NCBI GenBank assembly: GCA_943914435.1
Contig: CALUBY010000001.1
Span: 27,876-51,875 of the forward strand
Reading direction: 5' to 3'
DNA length: 24,000 nt
From: an uncultured bacterium
Lineage (GTDB): Bacteria > Patescibacteriota > Minisyncoccia > Phycocordibacterales > Phycocordibacteraceae
Within the stretch, counting starts at the first letter, position 1; each line of letters opens with the position of its first letter. The notes beneath the pieces are model-generated. The model had not been told where the DNA came from. It saw nothing but the letters and a program-made list of their open reading frames with translations, and made no database searches. Positions 22,159 through 24,000 of the stretch are shown piece by piece. The position numbers and the translations under genes were made by a program.

Positions 22159-22221
22159 CGTGGAGTTTAAGCCCGGTTCGATATAGTTGAAGCTACGTAA
22201 ACGTAGTATAGACTGGGTTAC

Positions 22222-22893
22222 ATGGCAATAAATGTAGGAATCTTTGGAGATGGAACAAACCTTAAAGACAGGTATATTTCGGATCCAAAAAAATTAGCAA
22301 GTCTCGTAAGACACTGGAAAGAATTAGGTTTACGTATAGTTCTAACTTCCGGAACATATGATCTTTTCCATGTTGGGCACGCGGAATATCTTGAGCAAGC
22401 AAAGAAACAAGGTGACCTACTCATTGTTGGTGTCGACAGTGATGCAAAAGTAAAGGAACGCAAAGGGCCTCATCGTCCTGTTGTTCCAGAGGGAGAGCGT
22501 GTGCACATTCTTTCGCATCTTCGTCATGTAGACGCAATAACGCTAAAGCCTGCAAAAGAAAAACCTAATGCACTAATAAAACTCATACGTCCCGACGTAC
22601 TGGTTCTTTCAAAGAGCACCAAGCATAAGAAAGAAGATATTGAGGAAAAGAAAAAGTATTGCGGAAGAATTATACTTTTGCCCCCGCAATCGGAGACCTC
22701 AACAAGTGCAAAAGTTCGTCTGCTTCATGTTAGTGGTGCCGGTAGATTTGCAGAAGCAATCACTCCAAAACTATCTGCGATGATTGAAGAAAGACTTCAA
22801 GAAAGCTCTCGTGAGCTCGCCGGGGCTATTGCTGCAGACATACCGAAGCTTATAGAAGAGACACTTCGTACCCTCGACGGAGGGAAAAGATAG
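22222..22893 (+). CDS. cytidylyltransferase-fold nucleotidyltransferase (RfaE domain II / HldE-C-like adenylyltransferase) with helical C-terminal tail
   Basis: 223 aa. LRIVLTSGTYDLFHVGHAEYLEQAKKQGDLLIVGVDSDAKVKERKGPHRPVVPEGERVHILSHLRHVDAI matches the (T/H)xGH nucleotidyltransferase core and is closest in pattern to RfaE-II/RibL-type enzymes. The substrate cannot be inferred. Confidence 0.7.
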   Translation: MAINVGIFGDGTNLKDRYISDPKKLASLVRHWKELGLRIVLTSGTYDLFHVGHAEYLEQAKKQGDLLIVGVDSDAKVKERKGPHRPVVPEGERVHILSHLRHVDAITLKPAKEKPNALIKLIRPDVLVLSKSTKHKKEDIEEKKKYCGRIILLPPQSETSTSAKVRLLHVSGAGRFAEAITPKLSAMIEERLQESSRELAGAIAADIPKLIEETLRTLDGGKR

Positions 22894-22895
22894 TC

Positions 22896-23726
22896 ATGAA
22901 GAAACTCGTGGCGTATGTGCCGGTGCTTCATGAGGGGTACCGATTATTTTTTGAGCGCACTGAGGGTCCAAAAGAGTTATTTATATTTGGACCATCAATA
23001 ACGAATGAGTATAGAAAACTTGCGAAAGAAATCAGGCAACTTGATCCAGAGCTTATGCGTAAGGCCATTGAGGCTCTCGGGATTTTTGCGCACGTGCATG
23101 TATTAAATATGACTTCGCTCGAAGTGCTTAACAAAGTCGGGAACGATATTATTCTTCCCGATGAGGAGGTCTCGCGCGAGCTTGCACAGAAGTATCTCAG
23201 AAACGCGACGGTAACATTTGACTCAATTTTTTTAAGGTGGGATAAGCACAATGCTTTGGCAGAACGACCTGTACTCTCTGATTCCCAGGTGACACACGAA
23301 GAGTTGCACCAAAAGTTTCTTAAAGAGGCCGAGACTGAATCACTAAAAAGTTCAGATATTTGGCGCCATGTTGGAGCACTAATTGTACAAGAAGGTAAGG
23401 TTCTACTTATAAATCACAATACTCATTTACCTAGCGAGCACACGCCGTATGTTAATGGAGATCCACGGAACAATTTCAGTAAGGGTGAGTATATTGAATT
23501 TTCGAGTGCCATTCATGCGGAGGCAGCCCTCATTGCTGAGGCTGCACGAAAGGGTACTTCTCTTGAGGGGCTAGATATGTATGTGACAGTGTTTCCGTGT
23601 CCTCCTTGCGCTAAACTGATTGCTCAATCAGGTATAAAGAACCTCTATTGCGGGGGAGGGTATGCAGTACTCGACGGGGAAGAGATTCTAAGGGCTGCAG
23701 GAGTAACGATTAACTTCGTGGGGTAA
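22896..23726 (+). CDS. two-domain protein: unassigned N-terminal domain fused to a CMP/dCMP deaminase zinc-binding domain
   Basis: 276 aa. The C-terminal ~130 aa carries HAEAALIAEA ... PCPPCAKLIAQSGIKNLY (the HAE / PCxxC zinc motifs of ComEB/dCMP deaminases). The N-terminal ~145 aa (MKKLVAYVPVLHEGYRLFFER...) has no motif I can assign. GGAGGG lies 13 nt upstream. Confidence 0.8.
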   Translation: MKKLVAYVPVLHEGYRLFFERTEGPKELFIFGPSITNEYRKLAKEIRQLDPELMRKAIEALGIFAHVHVLNMTSLEVLNKVGNDIILPDEEVSRELAQKYLRNATVTFDSIFLRWDKHNALAERPVLSDSQVTHEELHQKFLKEAETESLKSSDIWRHVGALIVQEGKVLLINHNTHLPSEHTPYVNGDPRNNFSKGEYIEFSSAIHAEAALIAEAARKGTSLEGLDMYVTVFPCPPCAKLIAQSGIKNLYCGGGYAVLDGEEILRAAGVTINFVG

Positions 23727-24000
23727 ACGGTTTACTAATCCCAAACTTCATTCCTTGGTGGTCAGGGTTTTGGATATCAGGTTCTATAAGATGAGCATGA
23801 AGGTGATTCACGGAGCTTGCATAACCCGGTTCACTGCCCCCAAAGCGCATGGCAAGTGTGCCGCCGGGAATATTTCTCTCTTCCGTAATTTCTTGGAAAA
23901 GTGAAAAGAGTTCAGCAAATGCTTCACTGTTTAATTGATTGAGAGACGTTACGTGATTCTTTGCTATTGCAAGCAAATGAATCTTTGCGCCTGTGTAGGG
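23710..24000 (-). CDS. HIT (histidine triad) family nucleotide hydrolase/transferase, 5' end outside the window
   Basis: The frame stays open to the window edge (PYTGAKIHLLAIAKNHVTSLNQL...). Histidine triad NHLHAHLI near the C-terminus. The 3' end overlaps the convergent deaminase gene by 17 nt. Confidence 0.75.
   Translation of the reverse strand, partial: PYTGAKIHLLAIAKNHVTSLNQLNSEAFAELFSLFQEITEERNIPGGTLAMRFGGSEPGYASSVNHLHAHLIEPDIQNPDHQGMKFGISKPFTPRS

Noticed and set aside
22172-22182. T-loop-like CCCGGTTCGAT at the apparent GC-shift boundary, considered as a possible tRNA fragment or att site.
   Set aside because: Only the generic GGTTCGA T-loop consensus matches (8 nt shared with tRNA-His). 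There is no complementary stem and no longer identity to any tRNA in the window.
22193-22206. Inverted repeat CTACGT-AA-ACGTAG in the folA / nucleotidyltransferase divergent promoter region, considered as a possible operator.
   Set aside because: It is a single 6-bp inverted repeat, which is expected fairly often by chance. No adjacent regulator gene is present. It is noted but insufficient for a regulatory call.
1-24000. Alternative genetic code (UGA recoding, as in some CPR lineages).
   Set aside because: The long conserved genes are uninterrupted under the standard code, and several terminate at TGA exactly where homologs end (for example polA at 5456-5458). No suppressor-type tRNA was found. 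The TGA anticodon belongs to a normal tRNA-Ser that reads UCA.

Overview
The window is a gene-dense, mostly housekeeping stretch of a small bacterial genome. Gene content suggests a Candidate Phyla Radiation (Parcubacteria-like) organism, but that placement is an inference. The clues are monoderm-style type IV pilus genes (pilB, pilM/N/O, no secretin), a lamin-tail-domain surface protein, many small membrane proteins, truncated replication proteins, and rplK with no rplA beside it. I support 32 protein genes: pilB, tsaE, polA, a holA-like gene, a MurE-like ligase, ruvA, rpsT, ruvX, a CsaA-like tRNA-binding protein, pilMNO, acylphosphatase, uppS, an RluA-family synthase, rplS, mscL, a SIMPL protein, secE, nusG, rplK, folC, folA, a cytidylyltransferase-fold enzyme, an extended dCMP deaminase, a HIT protein and several hypotheticals. 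There are seven tRNA genes (Lys-TTT, Arg-GCG, Ser-TGA, Arg-TCT, Val-TAC, Leu-GAG, His-GTG) and several strong, often bidirectional hairpin terminators. The standard genetic code applies. I found no CRISPR array, transposase, integrase or recognisable defence system, and no convincing novel multi-gene system. The most interesting signals are at sequence level. (1) About 20 transcription units have a -10 box (often TGn-extended) only 6-10 nt upstream of the start codon or tRNA 5' end, which implies leaderless transcripts. (2) All four CCA-less tRNA genes carry CTA where CCA would be. (3) tRNA-Arg has a G34 (GCG) anticodon. (4) Exact and partial copies of tRNA-Leu(GAG) ends are scattered in intergenic DNA. 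(5) The final ~1.8 kb looks lower in GC and encodes nucleotide-metabolism genes, including a deaminase with an unassigned N-terminal domain.
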